Positions 46,822 through 59,088 are shown, numbered from the stretch's first letter. The stretch: DNA of 64,000 nt from Intestinibacillus sp. (GCA_963664255.1 OY760938.1:1975638-2039637), one strand, 5' to 3'. The notes: a model not told the origin generated them from the sequence alone. Made by a program: numbers and translations.

Positions 46822-47049
46822 ATGAGAGTTAGTTATAAAAAATTATGGAAATTACTAATTGATAGAGATATGAAAAAGAGAGATTTACAGACTATTGCAG
46901 GTATCAGTTCATCGTCAATTGCTAAGCTCTCTAAAAATGAATATGTAAGTATGGATGTGCTAGTAAAGGTCTGTGTTGCTTTAAAGGCTGATATTTCAGA
47001 TGTAATTGAGTTAGTACCAGACGAAAAAGAAGAGAGCGAGGATAAATAA
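46822..47049 (+). CDS. XRE-family HTH protein
   Basis: 75 aa with KKRDLQTIAGISSSSIAKLSKNEYVSMDVLVKVCVAL. The stop abuts the hsdM start. Confidence 0.75.
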   Translation: MRVSYKKLWKLLIDRDMKKRDLQTIAGISSSSIAKLSKNEYVSMDVLVKVCVALKADISDVIELVPDEKEESEDK

Positions 47050-48678
47050 ATGGCAAAAGCTAAAAAAGAAAAGAAAGAATTACCTGTTGAGCAGGTGCTG
47101 TGGTCGGCTGCAGATGCGTTGCGTAAAAACATGGATGCAGCTGAATATAAACATGTTGTACTAGGTCTCATATTCTTAAAGTACATATCTGATAATTTTT
47201 ATGAATTGTATAGTAAATTTGAAGCTGGCGAAGGTGAATACGAGGGCGCTAACCCCGATGACCCATACGAATACCGTGCAGAGGGCGTGTTTTACGTCCC
47301 ACCACAAGCTCGTTGGGATTATCTGCAAGGAAGAGCAAAGCTTTCCTCTATCGGTAAAGATGTTGACGATGCTATGGATGCCATCGAAAAGGATAATCCT
47401 TCGCTAAAAGGCGTTTTACCAAAGGAATATGCCAAAGAAAAGTTGGATAAGCAATCTCTGGGTGGTTTAATCGATAAAATAAGTGGCATTGCATTGGGCG
47501 ACAGTATTTCTCGTTCCAATGATGTTTTAGGGCGTGTATATGAATATTTTCTCGGACAGTTTGCTCTTGCCGAAGGTAAAAAGGGTGGTCAGTTCTACAC
47601 ACCACAATGCGTTGTTAGGTTGCTTGTCGAAATGCTTGAGCCTTACGAGGGTAGAGTTTTAGACCCTTGCTGTGGTAGTGGTGGTATGTTTGTGCAAAGC
47701 GAAAAGTTTATTGAGGCACACGCAGACCGTTATAATGGGAAAACAAGCGAAATTGATAAATTGTTTGACAGCGTTGTGTCTGTATACGGACAAGAAAGCA
47801 ACCAAACCACTTGGCGTCTTTGTAAAATGAATCTTGCGCTTCGTGGTATTGATAGTACCAATGTAAAGTGGAACAACGAAGGTTCTTTCCTTAATGATGC
47901 ACACCCCGATCTCAAGGCTGATTTTGTGATTGCAAACCCACCATTTAATGACAGTGATTGGAGTGGTGAATTGCTTCGTAATGATGGTCGTTGGCATTAT
48001 GCAAAAGATAATCCACCTCCGGCAGGTAATGCGAATTATGCATGGATTCAGCACTTCCTTTATCACCTTTCACCAAAAGGAACAGCGGGTTTTGTTTTGG
48101 CAAAGGGTTCACTATCAAGTAAAACAAACGGTGAGGACAAAATAAGAAAGGCTCTCATCGATACTGGCTTGGTGGATTGTATTGTAAACTTACCCACAAA
48201 ATTGTTTTTGAACACTCAAATACCTGCTTGTCTATGGTTTTTGTCACGTGAAAAAGAAAATGACCCTAACCACCCACGTAGAAATAAAATTTTGTTTATT
48301 GATGCTCGTAACATGGGCAAGCTGATCAGTCGTAAAACAAGAGAATTGACAAGTGGTGCAGAGGGCGAAGAAACAAATGATATTCAGCGGATAGCAGACA
48401 CCTACCACAAATGGAAAAAGAATGATGGTAGTTATGAGGATATTCCTGGTTTTTGTAAATCTGCTGACCTCGATGGTGAAGGTGGAGTAAAAGCACTGGA
48501 TTATGTATTAACACCCGGAAGGTATATCGGTCTTGCAGATGATGATGAAGAATTCGATTTTAACGATCGAGTGGCAACCCTTACCGCAGAGCTTGAAAAA
48601 CAGATGTTTGAAAGTATTGAACTTGATAAACGCATCAGAGAAAACCTTGAAAAAGTTGAGGTGAAAAGTGGTGAGTGA
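47050..48678 (+). CDS. hsdM: Type I restriction-modification methyltransferase subunit
   Basis: HsdM N-terminal region ([32 protein letters not shown]), motif [12 protein letters not shown], and motif IV IANPPFN. Confidence 0.9.
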   Translation: MAKAKKEKKELPVEQVLWSAADALRKNMDAAEYKHVVLGLIFLKYISDNFYELYSKFEAGEGEYEGANPDDPYEYRAEGVFYVPPQARWDYLQGRAKLSSIGKDVDDAMDAIEKDNPSLKGVLPKEYAKEKLDKQSLGGLIDKISGIALGDSISRSNDVLGRVYEYFLGQFALAEGKKGGQFYTPQCVVRLLVEMLEPYEGRVLDPCCGSGGMFVQSEKFIEAHADRYNGKTSEIDKLFDSVVSVYGQESNQTTWRLCKMNLALRGIDSTNVKWNNEGSFLNDAHPDLKADFVIANPPFNDSDWSGELLRNDGRWHYAKDNPPPAGNANYAWIQHFLYHLSPKGTAGFVLAKGSLSSKTNGEDKIRKALIDTGLVDCIVNLPTKLFLNTQIPACLWFLSREKENDPNHPRRNKILFIDARNMGKLISRKTRELTSGAEGEETNDIQRIADTYHKWKKNDGSYEDIPGFCKSADLDGEGGVKALDYVLTPGRYIGLADDDEEFDFNDRVATLTAELEKQMFESIELDKRIRENLEKVEVKSGE

Positions 48679-49849
48679 GTGGAAATCAAAAAGGTTAGGC
48701 ACAATGTGTACTAAAATAGGTAGTGGTGCAACTCCAACAGGAGGTCAAGAAAGCTATATAGAGCAGGGAATATCTTTAATTAGGAGCCAAAATGTATCAG
48801 ATTATATGTTTCTATACGAGGGGCTTGCACATATTGATAATGAGCAGGCTAGAAAATTGGATAATGTTACTATAGAAAAAGATGATGTACTTATTAATAT
48901 TACAGGCGATTCAGTTGCTAGGGTATGTTCTGTTCCTAATACCATACTGCCTGCTCGAGTAAATCAGCATGTAGCTATCATACGAGCTGATGGTTTTCAG
49001 TTGAATAAACACTTTACCAAATATACTCTTTTAGCTATGAAGGATCATTTGCTTAGCATATCTGAAATTGGAGCTACACGAAGGGCATTAACAAAAGGAA
49101 TGCTAGAAAATTTAGAACTTTTGACTCCTGATTTTCCAGAACAACAAGCCATTGCAGAAGTTCTATCTTCACTTGACGATAAAATAGAATTATTAAATCG
49201 CCAAAACAAAACCCTTGAAGATTTGGCACAGACTTATTTTAGACAGTGGTTTGTAGAGGGCAACAATAACGATAATATTTTTGTTTCAGACCTTGCGAAG
49301 CTAGATAATGTGAGCGTAAATCCATCAAAGAAGCCACTGGAATCTTTTTATCATTACAGCATACCGTCTTTCGATGACGGGCATACCCCTATTATCGAAT
49401 TGGGGCAAGCCATTTTAAGCAACAAATATATTGTGCAGCCAAACACTATTTTAATTTCAAAACTAAACCCAATAAAACCTCGCATTTGGAGAATTGGTGA
49501 AACTGTAGCGTCAAACAGCGTGTGCTCTACAGAGTTTCAAGTATTAAAGCCGTTTGATATGAAATACTATTTATTCTTGTATTGCTTGATGAAGTCTTAT
49601 GATGTAGTTCAATCATTTGCTATGAGTGCATCTGGCACAAGCGGTAGTCATCAGAGAATCCGGCCAGAATATATAACAGAGGTTGAAACACCTGCTCCAG
49701 ATGGTATATTACTTGATAAATTTAATGAAGTGTTTACACCTGTTATGGAAAAGGTGGATAAAAACCAAGCCGAAATAATCACTCTACAAAAATTAAGAGA
49801 TACCCTACTTCCGAAGCTTATCAGCGGTGAGGTTAGGGTCAAAATGTAA
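48668..49849 (+). CDS. hsdS: Type I restriction-modification specificity subunit
   Basis: Two target-recognition halves are separated by the conserved spacer [35 protein letters not shown]. The C-terminal repeat is [17 protein letters not shown]. It overlaps hsdM by 11 nt. Confidence 0.9.
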   Translation: MVSEWKSKRLGTMCTKIGSGATPTGGQESYIEQGISLIRSQNVSDYMFLYEGLAHIDNEQARKLDNVTIEKDDVLINITGDSVARVCSVPNTILPARVNQHVAIIRADGFQLNKHFTKYTLLAMKDHLLSISEIGATRRALTKGMLENLELLTPDFPEQQAIAEVLSSLDDKIELLNRQNKTLEDLAQTYFRQWFVEGNNNDNIFVSDLAKLDNVSVNPSKKPLESFYHYSIPSFDDGHTPIIELGQAILSNKYIVQPNTILISKLNPIKPRIWRIGETVASNSVCSTEFQVLKPFDMKYYLFLYCLMKSYDVVQSFAMSASGTSGSHQRIRPEYITEVETPAPDGILLDKFNEVFTPVMEKVDKNQAEIITLQKLRDTLLPKLISGEVRVKM

Positions 49850-49858
49850 GGAGTAATT

Positions 49859-50443
49859 ATGCAAAACAGAAAAAACAATGTTAGACTAAAAGTAAAAATG
49901 TATATTTTATCCTTGTGGCTACTATTTTGTTTCATCAGTATAGCCACGCTGGATTTTAATATAATATGCAAAAGCTTTTGTGCTGAAAAGATAGACTGGT
50001 TGAATATGTTGACTGGAAATTTTATTCCAATTGTTTGCATCATAATGCTCGTGTTGTGCATAATATTTTACTTTCAATTCAAGCATGAGCTAAGTGGTAC
50101 TACTCAGTTGCCTTTAAAGGTAACCAAGGTGTGCAATAGGAATGCAGATTATTTAGCTTTTCTATCTACTTATATTATACCTCTTGTATTTGTTAACTTT
50201 GATTCAAAAAGGCAAGTACTGATATTGATATTGCTACTTATTTCAATAGGTTTTATGTATGTGAAAACAGACATGTTTCTATCGAATCCCACACTAGCAT
50301 TGTTGGGTTACAAAATCAATGATATTAAAACAGAAAACGGAGATATATGCGGAATTATGATATCCCAAGGCGATATTGAAGAGAATGAAAAAATACGATA
50401 TATAAGACTAGACAGAAACGCGTTTTTTGTCAGGAAGGTGTAA
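49859..50443 (+). CDS. Four-TM membrane protein, KwaA-like (Kiwa component A candidate)
   Basis: 194 aa with four hydrophobic helices (YILSLWLLFCFISIATL, FIPIVCIIMLVLCIIFYF, YLAFLSTYIIPLVFV, VLILILLLISIGFMYV) and a short soluble tail. It lies between hsdS and hsdR. Confidence 0.45.
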   Translation: MQNRKNNVRLKVKMYILSLWLLFCFISIATLDFNIICKSFCAEKIDWLNMLTGNFIPIVCIIMLVLCIIFYFQFKHELSGTTQLPLKVTKVCNRNADYLAFLSTYIIPLVFVNFDSKRQVLILILLLISIGFMYVKTDMFLSNPTLALLGYKINDIKTENGDICGIMISQGDIEENEKIRYIRLDRNAFFVRKV

Positions 50444-50446
50444 AAT

Positions 50447-51424
50447 ATGACGATTGCTGAATTAAGAGAAAAATTAAATTGCCTTTATGAAGACGGAGCT
50501 GGTGCTGTTGCATATTTTATTCTTAAAATTGATAACCAATTATGTATTAGAATGGTTGATATTAAGAATGAATTCCTGAATGACTTAAAAACTTGTTATT
50601 TAAACAGTCTTTCTACCTCAATAATGAATACGGAGGATGCTAGAGTTGAAGAATTACAACTTTTGCAAATATCTGTTGCAGACCAAAGAGACAATGCCTT
50701 ATATGAATATGACCTCGAGGACATTCCTGATGAACTCGCATTTTTTAATACAATTGCACAGGATGGAGAACAACAAATTTTTTCGTCCAATAACGATAGT
50801 TTAAAAGATTTATTCGGATATGTGATTGCTGTAGGTACCAATCAGAACAAAGCGCTGCTCTTTAAAAAGCATTTTACAACAAGTTATTTTAGTCCTGAAA
50901 AGTTTTGTATTTTTGAATCAGATCATAGGTTTACTAAATTAGAAAAACCAATGATTAGGCTTGATACTAATTTCGAGATGCTTTATGTTGATGGGACAAT
51001 CGTAATTAAAAAACTTGACACATTAGAAAAATATGCAGGTTTCCATGATGTTATCAAACGAGAGGCTACTGTAAGTGTACAGGCTATCACAGAGGCAGAC
51101 ATTGTTGATAATGCTGAAGTTCTGAGAGATATGGTAGATGAAGTGAGTTTTGCGAGAAAGCTTACCAAAACCGCAAAAGGGTCACCTGTACTTGGCAAAA
51201 TACCAACGCCAGCCATCATAAACTTTGTCAAAAATCATCCTAAATTAAAGGATAAGATTAAGCTTACTCAAGACGAAAGCAAGTTGCATCTTGATACAAA
51301 GGAATCAAAAAAACAATTTTTGAAGCTGTTAAACGATGATTACTTACGTTCTGAATTAACACAGGCTTATTACGACAGCTTAGCAAAGGACACATTAACA
51401 GTTGAAGAACAAGGTGGTGAGTGA
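50447..51424 (+). CDS. Soluble 325-aa protein, KwaB/DUF4868-like candidate
   Basis: It starts 3 nt after the membrane gene. Size and pairing fit Kiwa KwaB. The family assignment was not verifiable by eye. Confidence 0.4.
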   Translation: MTIAELREKLNCLYEDGAGAVAYFILKIDNQLCIRMVDIKNEFLNDLKTCYLNSLSTSIMNTEDARVEELQLLQISVADQRDNALYEYDLEDIPDELAFFNTIAQDGEQQIFSSNNDSLKDLFGYVIAVGTNQNKALLFKKHFTTSYFSPEKFCIFESDHRFTKLEKPMIRLDTNFEMLYVDGTIVIKKLDTLEKYAGFHDVIKREATVSVQAITEADIVDNAEVLRDMVDEVSFARKLTKTAKGSPVLGKIPTPAIINFVKNHPKLKDKIKLTQDESKLHLDTKESKKQFLKLLNDDYLRSELTQAYYDSLAKDTLTVEEQGGE

Positions 51425-51425
51425 A

Positions 51426-54400
51426 ATGCCAAAACTCTGCGAATCTGAAATAGAAATAATGACCATAGAAGAACTTGTTTCTCTGGGGTATACATATCTT
51501 GCTGGTGTTGATATTGCACCTGAAATGCCAAATGCGGAACGAAACAGCTTTTCAGATATACTGCTCATGGATAGACTGAGCAATGCTCTTGCAAGGCTTA
51601 ATCCTGCTGTGCCCTCTGAAGCAATAAGAGATGCAACTAAAAAATTATCTCGGATAGCGTCATCTAATATGCTTACGGACAACGAAAACTTTCATCGTAT
51701 GCTTGTTAATGGTGTTCCTGTGGAATACCGTAGTGGAAGTGATATTGTTGGTGATACCATTCGGATTTGTGACTTTTCGGGGGATGGCATAAAGAATAAT
51801 GAGTTTCTTGTAGTAAATCAGTTTACCATCATAGAAAATAACAATAACAAAAGACCGGATGTATTGATTTTTATAAATGGTATTCCAATGGTTTTGTTTG
51901 AACTAAAAAATCCAGCCGATGAAAATGCAACGGTTCGTAAAGCTTTTGACCAGATAGGAGCATACAAAGCCACTATTCCAAGTCTTTTTACTTATAATGA
52001 AATATGTATTGTATCTGACGGGCTAGAAGCAAAGGCAGGATCATTAACGGCTTCTTTTTCTCGTTTTAGTTCATGGAAAACAAAAGACGGTATAGAGGAA
52101 GCATCAAAATTTGATGATGAATTGTCGACATTAATACATGGGCTTTGCAATCCTGTTACCTTACTCGATTATATAAAGAATTTTATCACATATGAAAAGA
52201 CCAAGACAGAAGATAAGGAAACTAAAGTTACAAAGGTTGAAACAGTAAAAAAAATTGCAGCTTATCATCAGTATTATGCAGTGAATAAGGCTGTATCCAG
52301 AACCATTGATGCGGCACAAGCAGATGGAACAAAAAAAGCGGGAGTCGTATGGCATACGCAAGGCGCTGGAAAATCTCTTTCAATGGTGTTTTATACTGGG
52401 AAAATGGTACAGATACTGAACAACCCGACTATCGTAGTCATTAATGATCGCAATGACCTTGACGATCAGCTTTTCGATACTTTTGCAGATAACAGTGACC
52501 TGCTTAGGCAACCACCAAAGCAAGCGGACTCTTGCGAGGAATTGAAAGAACTTTTGAAGGTAGCGTCTGGAGGGATTGTATTTACTACTATACAAAAGTT
52601 TATACCAGACAATGATAAATCTGTATATGAACTGCTTTCGTCAAGAGATAATATAATTGTTATTGCAGATGAAGCACATAGAACCCAGTATGGATTTAAT
52701 GCAAAATTGAGAGATGTTAAGGATGAAAACAAAAATATTATAGGCCAACGCATAGCATATGGATTTGCTAAGTATATGCGAGATGCAATGCCTAATGCAA
52801 CATTTATTGGTTTTACTGGAACGCCTGTTGAAAAACAAGATGCAAATACTCCGGCTGTATTCGGTAACTATATCGATATTTATGATATTGCGCAGGCAGT
52901 TGAAGATAAGGTGACTGTTCGCATTTATTATGAAAGTAGATTAGCAAAAGTAAATCTCACAGAAGAAGGAAAGAAGCTAATAGAGCAGTTCGATGCAGAA
53001 CTTGATGAAACAGATGAAATTGACGAAGCGAAAGAGGCTAAGTTAAAATGGGCAAAACTTGAGGCTATTGTTGGTAATAAAGATCGTATTAAAATTTTGG
53101 CAAATGATATTGTGACACATTTTGAGGACAGGCAAAAGGTGTTTACAGGAAAAGCTATGGTTGTTGCAATGAGCCGTCGTATAGCCGCTGATTTATATGA
53201 TGAGATTATTAAGCTTCGAACGGATTGGCATAGCGATGATTTAGACAAGGGTGTTATCAAGGTAGTTATGACTACATCAAGCTCAGACGGTGCAAAATTG
53301 CAAAAACACCATACAACAAAAGCACAAAGAAAAGCACTGGCAAACCGCATGAAGGATGAAAATGATGAGCTAAAAATAGTAATTGTTCGTGATATGTGGT
53401 TAACGGGTTTTGATGCACCTTGTATGAATACTATGTACATTGATAAGCCAATGAAAGATCACAGTTTAATGCAAGCAATTGCTCGTGTAAATCGTGTGTT
53501 TAAGGACAAGCCGGGTGGACTAATAGTTGATTATATTGGAATAGCCACAAACCTTAAAAAAGCATTAGGTTTTTATGCAGAAAGTGGCGGAAAAGGTGTG
53601 CCTGCCGAAACTCATGAAAAAGCAGTTGCAATTATGATAGAAAAGCTAGAAGTAGTACGACAGCTGTTTTGTGGATTTGATTATTCTGATTTCTTTTCGG
53701 CACAGGTTAAGGACAAGCTCTCTTTAATACTTAAAGCGGAAGATTTCATACTTGCTCTTGATGACGGTAAGAACAGATATATTAAGGAAGTTACTCTTTT
53801 GGGACAAGCTTATGCCCTTGCGAAACCAGACCCTAAGACAATAGAAAATGCTGAAGAAATAGCTTTTTTCCAAGCTGTAAAGGCTCGTATTTCGAAATTT
53901 GAATCAACGGGTAGTCGTGGTGGCGATGGGTATGATACAGTTATTAAAAACATAGTTGATTCTGCTATTGCATCAGACCAAGTTATTGATGTTTTTAATG
54001 CTGCTGGAATAGAAAAGCCAGAACTATCAATTTTATCAGATGAATTCCTAAAAGAAATTGAAGGAATGAAATACAAAAATGTAGCCATTGAATTATTAAA
54101 AAAATTGCTTTCAGATGAAATCAAAATACGATCTAGGCACAATCTTACGAAATCTAAATCATTAATGGATATGCTAGATGGTGCAATAAAACGATATCAA
54201 AATAACCTTTTAACGACAGCGGAGATAATCGATGAATTGATACGTATAGCAAAAGAAATCAACGCTGCTGATAAAAGAGGAGACAAGCTTGGGTTAACAG
54301 AAGATGAGCTTGCGTTTTATGATGCTTTGGAAATAAACGATAGTGCGGTAAAAGTTTTAGGTGATGAACAACTGAGAGAGATTGCTCGTGAACTAGCAGA

Positions 54401-54584
54401 AAAGGTGCGTAAAAACGCAACGATTGACTGGACTGTAAAAGAAAGTGTTAGAGCAAGGCTTATGGTCATCGTGAGAAGAATACTTAATAAATACGGTTAT
54501 CCTCCTGATAAGCAAAAAATTGCTATTGAGCATGTTATGAAACAAGCAGAGAATCTTGCGGATTTTTGGACAAATACAAAATAG
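51426..54584 (+). CDS. hsdR: Type I restriction endonuclease subunit
   Basis: The ATG at 51426 follows AGGTGGTGA. SF2 helicase motifs are [26 protein letters not shown] and QAIARVNR. There is an N-terminal nuclease region. The track TTG start at 51402 is rejected. Confidence 0.9.
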   Translation: MPKLCESEIEIMTIEELVSLGYTYLAGVDIAPEMPNAERNSFSDILLMDRLSNALARLNPAVPSEAIRDATKKLSRIASSNMLTDNENFHRMLVNGVPVEYRSGSDIVGDTIRICDFSGDGIKNNEFLVVNQFTIIENNNNKRPDVLIFINGIPMVLFELKNPADENATVRKAFDQIGAYKATIPSLFTYNEICIVSDGLEAKAGSLTASFSRFSSWKTKDGIEEASKFDDELSTLIHGLCNPVTLLDYIKNFITYEKTKTEDKETKVTKVETVKKIAAYHQYYAVNKAVSRTIDAAQADGTKKAGVVWHTQGAGKSLSMVFYTGKMVQILNNPTIVVINDRNDLDDQLFDTFADNSDLLRQPPKQADSCEELKELLKVASGGIVFTTIQKFIPDNDKSVYELLSSRDNIIVIADEAHRTQYGFNAKLRDVKDENKNIIGQRIAYGFAKYMRDAMPNATFIGFTGTPVEKQDANTPAVFGNYIDIYDIAQAVEDKVTVRIYYESRLAKVNLTEEGKKLIEQFDAELDETDEIDEAKEAKLKWAKLEAIVGNKDRIKILANDIVTHFEDRQKVFTGKAMVVAMSRRIAADLYDEIIKLRTDWHSDDLDKGVIKVVMTTSSSDGAKLQKHHTTKAQRKALANRMKDENDELKIVIVRDMWLTGFDAPCMNTMYIDKPMKDHSLMQAIARVNRVFKDKPGGLIVDYIGIATNLKKALGFYAESGGKGVPAETHEKAVAIMIEKLEVVRQLFCGFDYSDFFSAQVKDKLSLILKAEDFILALDDGKNRYIKEVTLLGQAYALAKPDPKTIENAEEIAFFQAVKARISKFESTGSRGGDGYDTVIKNIVDSAIASDQVIDVFNAAGIEKPELSILSDEFLKEIEGMKYKNVAIELLKKLLSDEIKIRSRHNLTKSKSLMDMLDGAIKRYQNNLLTTAEIIDELIRIAKEINAADKRGDKLGLTEDELAFYDALEINDSAVKVLGDEQLREIARELAEKVRKNATIDWTVKESVRARLMVIVRRILNKYGYPPDKQKIAIEHVMKQAENLADFWTNTK

Positions 54585-54588
54585 GAAA

Positions 54589-54631
54589 CGACCACACTAA
54601 AGTTTTACACTTTGGTGTGGTCGAGTTTTTT
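54589..54631 (+). terminator. Rho-independent terminator after hsdR
   Basis: Stem CGACCACAC / GTGTGGTCG followed by T6. Confidence 0.75.
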
Positions 54632-54687
54632 GCTATTCACTGAATGTATCTCTTAAAATTACTGGTTCATAATCTATGAGTTATTTT

Positions 54688-55110
54688 TTAAAAAATATTT
54701 TTTAAATATATTTCTATACTTCTTAAAGCCTTTTCAATAGAGCGTGATATTTGACTTTTATTAACTCCTTCAGCTTTGGCAATAGCAGTCTTACTCATGC
54801 CCATAAAATAATGAGCATAGATCCGCTTTGCCTGCTTGTCAGGCAGAGAGGCAATGGCAACATGGAGCTGCTGACTTGTGAGCTTACGTTCGTAAATCTC
54901 ATCGGGTGAGAGCGAAACAAACAAGATGTCATGCTCAATTCCATCGCCACGGTCAAGGGAATAGTGAGCTTTATAGCGAAATTTTTTTCTCTCGTATGCT
55001 GCTTCAGCTTTTGCAGATTCCTCAAAGATAGCTAATAGTTCATCAGGAACGTCCACAAAGGTGTCTTGTGTGTAGAAGGGGTAATAATCTTTTAAATTTA
55101 TTGTTTTCAT
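54688..55110 (-). CDS. Small sigma-70-family (region 4 only) factor typical of clostridial conjugative/mobilizable elements
   Basis: MKTINLKDYYPFY... with a C-terminal HTH: LPDKQAKRIYAHYFMGMSKTAIAKAEGVNKSQISRSIEKALRSIE. Confidence 0.7.
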   Translation of the reverse strand: MKTINLKDYYPFYTQDTFVDVPDELLAIFEESAKAEAAYERKKFRYKAHYSLDRGDGIEHDILFVSLSPDEIYERKLTSQQLHVAIASLPDKQAKRIYAHYFMGMSKTAIAKAEGVNKSQISRSIEKALRSIEIYLKNIF

Positions 55111-55350
55111 ATTTTTCCATCCTTTCAATTTTTGGAGTTTGCTGAAATCGAAAGGACAGTGGTGGAGATCGGCAGTGAGGCTCTATAAAAGCAAAAAGGC
55201 CCAGCTGCATAGTGCAACCGGGCATAAGGGAATTATTAGAAGTTACATGATGATGTGTGTATTCATATTGATGAACGAAATATCCCGTTGGTGGAGCTGG
55301 ACTTTTTTTAATGAATAATAAAAATCAGGTGGTGTATGACAAATAAAAAT

Positions 55351-55384
55351 GGACACAACGATACCTCCTAATACCGTCGTGTCC
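55351..55384 (-). terminator. Terminator downstream of the MarR-UvrA-like operon
   Basis: On the minus strand, GGACACGACGG...CGTTGTGTCC is followed by ATTTTTATTT. Confidence 0.55.
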
Positions 55385-55573
55385 TAAAAAATGGGCGACT
55401 TTAATACACCCTCCGCAATTCAATTTTTTTCAGAAAAACGGCGGCTTTGATTTTATCTCAAAACCGCCGTCTGACTTCTTTATGCAATTACAGCACAACG
55501 AAACATCTGCCATAACTACGGTTTTTTTTATTTACCGTAGGGCAGATAAATTCTCGTATTCTACTAAGTATGC

Positions 55574-55996
55574 CTATTGCTTTTCTGCGTATAAGTTCGT
55601 AATCCTTTTGCACATCAATGAAAAAGCATGCACTTCTTCCTCTGTTAATGCTTCTTCAATTAGGTTCATAATTTCATTCCCAAAATCCTCAACACGATTT
55701 AAAAAAGCTTTCCCCTCTTTGGTAAGAACAATATTGTAAGAGCGGCGGTCATTCGTCTGCCTTTCCTGAATAATATACTTTTTTTCCAGCAAACGCTTTG
55801 TTAATTTTGAAATACCAGATTGTGAGATACCTCTCATTTCAGCAAGTTCTTTCGTGGTTTTCGCCCCCTGCTTATTCAATGTATCGAGTATATAGTATTG
55901 TGCCGTTGAAACACCCTCAACATTGAAACGATTTGAATCTGATACAATCATGCATTGAAAGGGAACATAACTTTCCTCTAATTCTTTTATAGCCAT
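55574..55996 (-). CDS. MarR-family transcriptional regulator
   Basis: 140 aa with TAQYYILDTLNKQGAKTTKELAEMRGISQSGISKLTKRLLEKKYIIQERQTNDRR. Confidence 0.85.
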   Translation of the reverse strand: MAIKELEESYVPFQCMIVSDSNRFNVEGVSTAQYYILDTLNKQGAKTTKELAEMRGISQSGISKLTKRLLEKKYIIQERQTNDRRSYNIVLTKEGKAFLNRVEDFGNEIMNLIEEALTEEEVHAFSLMCKRITNLYAEKQ

Positions 55997-56008
55997 TAAG
56001 ACAACCTC

Positions 56009-58270
56009 CTATTTTTCATTAATATACTTTTTCAGGTGCTTTCCAGTTAAAGAATCTGGACAGTTGATTAAATCTTTCGGTAATCCTGTAAACATAATCT
56101 TACCACCATTCTGTCCTGCATAGGGGCCTATGTCAATAATCCAATCTGCTTGACAGATAATATCCAAATTGTGTTCTATAACAATAAGAGTGGAATTTTG
56201 TTCTACAAGGCGATTCATTACACTAATCAACTGTTTTATATCAGCCATATGCAAACCTGTTGACGGTTCGTCCAAAACATAAATCTGTCCACCGTTTTCA
56301 AGTTCGGAAGCAAGTTTAATTCGCTGTAATTCACCACCTGAAAGCGTGCTTAATGGTTGTCCTAAAGAAACATAAGTGATACCAACGTCTGAAAGCCGTT
56401 TTAGTACCGTTACGATTTCTTTTTCCTGAAAAAATTCTAAGGCTTCTGTGACCGTCATTTTAAGGACATCGGCAATACTTTTTCCTCTTAGCTGATAGGC
56501 AAGTACTTCGTCCGAATAACGGTTTCCGTGACATTCCTCACATACCGTAACAATTGTATCCATAAACGCCAAATCTGTATAAGTAACTCCTAGACCTTTG
56601 CAGGCAGGACAAGCACCTTGGGAATTGAAACTGAATAGGGAGGCGCTTACACCGTTCCTTTTCGCAAATAATTTTCTGATAATGTCAAAGATACCTGTAA
56701 AGGTGGCAATGTTGGAACGTTTTGATGCTTGAATCCCTTTCTGATCAATAAAAACAGTTTCTGGATATAACCGAGGCAATACCCCATTAATAAGCGTACT
56801 TTTTCCTGAACCGGCAACCCCTGTGACAACAGTCATTACCCCTTTTGGTATATTAACCGAAAGGTTCTTCAAATTATGCATGGTTGCATTTTGAATAGAA
56901 AGCCAACCTTTTGGGGCACGAATATCAGATTTTAGTTTGGAGCAGTAGGATAAGTATTTTCCCGTGAGAGTACCCGCTGTTTTCAGCCCATCTAAATTTC
57001 CTTGATATACAACTTCCCCTCCGTGGGTTCCCGCACCTGGTCCCATATCAATAATATGGTCTGCAATTTTTATCATGTCAGGGTCATGCTCTACGATTAG
57101 AACAGTATTCCCTTTATCACGCAATAACCTCATAAGCTCGTTAATCTTGCTTATGTCATGAGGGTGAAGCCCTATACTTGGTTCGTCAAATATGTAAGTA
57201 AGGTCAGTCAAGCTACTGCCAAGCTGGCTAACCATTTTAATTCTTTGAGACTCGCCGCCTGAAAGTGTAGATGTTTCTCTGCTTAAACTTAAATAGCCCA
57301 GTCCTATGGATATCATGTGCTGAATCCGATTCACAAGTTCCGAAACGATTGTAGCGGCTACGGGAGCATGAATAGATTGAACAAAATCCAAAAGCTCATT
57401 TATTTGCATATCTGCGCATTCCGCAATATTTTTACCGTTCACTTTGCAAGATAGTACCTTATCATTCAAGCGTGTTCCATGACAGTGGGGACAATCCTGT
57501 TTTACAACAAACCGCTCAATTTCTTTTCCATATCTAACCTTTTCGCCATCTTCTTTTTTAAGAAAACTCCGTTCAATGCGTGGAATCAAACCCTCATACA
57601 ATGAGGTTTTATGCCATTCGGGGGTAGGATTTTTAACCTTAATTCCATCAGCGTAAAGTAACAGCTCCAGTTCTTCGGCAGAATAGTCCTTAATTGTTTT
57701 GTCATTATCAAAAAAGCCTGAATGAATATAGCGGGTTAATCGCCAACCGCCGGGTTCAAAAGTTGGAAAACGGATAGCCCCCTCATTTAAGGATTTATTT
57801 TTATCTAACAGCCTTTCAATATCAATGGTTTCAATTTTGCCCAAGCCCTCGCAATATTCACACATTCCAGCCGGATTGTTGAATGAAAAAACGTCTGAAT
57901 AACCTACAAATGGCTCTCCAATTCTGGAAAACAATAAACGTAATACAGAATAAATATCTGTAATTGTCCCAACTGTTGAACGAGCATTACCGCCTAATCG
58001 TTTTTGATTGATAATAAAGGCTACGGACAAATTTTCAATGGTGTCCACATCGGGTTTTCCGTAATGTGGCATACGGTGGCGGATAAAACTGGTGTAGGTT
58101 TCATTTAATTGTCTTTGCGATTCTGCCGCTATTGTATCAAATACCAAAGATGATTTTCCTGAACCGGAAACACCTGTAAAAACCGTAATTTCTTTTTTGG
58201 GTATCAGAACATTTATGTTTTTTAGATTTCGTTCCCTTGCACCTGATACCTGAATATAATTATCAGACAT
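56009..58270 (-). CDS. UvrA-paralog ABC ATPase (short form, about 750 aa)
   Basis: Two ABC modules (GVSGSGKSSL, GVAGSGKSTL; LSGGE twice) and Cys-pair zinc modules (CEYCEGLG, CPHCHG, CPACKGLG, CEECHG). It is clearly shorter than canonical UvrA. Confidence 0.8.
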   Translation of the reverse strand: MSDNYIQVSGARERNLKNINVLIPKKEITVFTGVSGSGKSSLVFDTIAAESQRQLNETYTSFIRHRMPHYGKPDVDTIENLSVAFIINQKRLGGNARSTVGTITDIYSVLRLLFSRIGEPFVGYSDVFSFNNPAGMCEYCEGLGKIETIDIERLLDKNKSLNEGAIRFPTFEPGGWRLTRYIHSGFFDNDKTIKDYSAEELELLLYADGIKVKNPTPEWHKTSLYEGLIPRIERSFLKKEDGEKVRYGKEIERFVVKQDCPHCHGTRLNDKVLSCKVNGKNIAECADMQINELLDFVQSIHAPVAATIVSELVNRIQHMISIGLGYLSLSRETSTLSGGESQRIKMVSQLGSSLTDLTYIFDEPSIGLHPHDISKINELMRLLRDKGNTVLIVEHDPDMIKIADHIIDMGPGAGTHGGEVVYQGNLDGLKTAGTLTGKYLSYCSKLKSDIRAPKGWLSIQNATMHNLKNLSVNIPKGVMTVVTGVAGSGKSTLINGVLPRLYPETVFIDQKGIQASKRSNIATFTGIFDIIRKLFAKRNGVSASLFSFNSQGACPACKGLGVTYTDLAFMDTIVTVCEECHGNRYSDEVLAYQLRGKSIADVLKMTVTEALEFFQEKEIVTVLKRLSDVGITYVSLGQPLSTLSGGELQRIKLASELENGGQIYVLDEPSTGLHMADIKQLISVMNRLVEQNSTLIVIEHNLDIICQADWIIDIGPYAGQNGGKIMFTGLPKDLINCPDSLTGKHLKKYINEK

Positions 58271-58477
58271 ACTTTTTCCTCACTTTTATTTATGTGACAT
58301 AGTTAATATATGAGTGGGTTAACTATATTTTATCACCATTTTTATTTCTTTGCAATGACTAGAATAGAATTTTGCGAAAAGTATAATAATTAGATCTAAT
58401 TAAGTCATGAATATGATATGTGTAATCATATGCAAAGCATAAAGGTGAACGGTAAGATGTAATAGGGTGAAATAATA

Positions 58478-58831
58478 ATGAAGCGTGAAATCGACAAATA
58501 TGATTTTAAGGCTTTCGGTCAAGCCATAAAAGCAGCAAGAAAAGCAAAAGGAATATCGAGGAATCAGTTAGCAGACCAAATGCACATTGCACCTCGGTAT
58601 ATTGCGTCCATTGAAAATAGTGGACAGCATCCCAGCCTGCAAATCTTTTATGAACTTGTCACTCTTTTAGATGTGTCGGTAGACCAGTTCTTTTTTCCAA
58701 ATAATGAAACGGACAAATCTACGCAGCGCAGACAGCTTGAAAGCCTGCTTGATGATATAAGCGATAATGGATTGCGGATAGTTACCGCCACAGCAAAAGA
58801 GGTTAAGGAAGTCGAAACAGAGGACGAATGA
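58478..58831 (+). CDS. XRE-family HTH regulator
   Basis: KGISRNQLADQMHIAPRYIASIENSGQHPSLQIFYELVTLL. Divergent from the UvrA-like gene. Confidence 0.8.
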   Translation: MKREIDKYDFKAFGQAIKAARKAKGISRNQLADQMHIAPRYIASIENSGQHPSLQIFYELVTLLDVSVDQFFFPNNETDKSTQRRQLESLLDDISDNGLRIVTATAKEVKEVETEDE

Positions 58832-59088
58832 ATGTCCCAAGCACAACAGAATATGGAATAAGAAACGTTGCAGCCGATACGGGTTTGCAGCGTTTTTCTT
58901 TTATACTTACTAAGAAAACTTATTTTCTCGTTGTTATTGATATCTGAGCTGAAGTAAAGTGGCAAGCAGGGCATACGGGTGACCACCGTATGCTTTTGCT
59001 TGTTGGGGAGTATCCCCAATCCCCACTGAAACGATGATAAATCATCGTGCTACGCTCCCTTTGGGAGCTGATAAAATCACAGAGCAGC

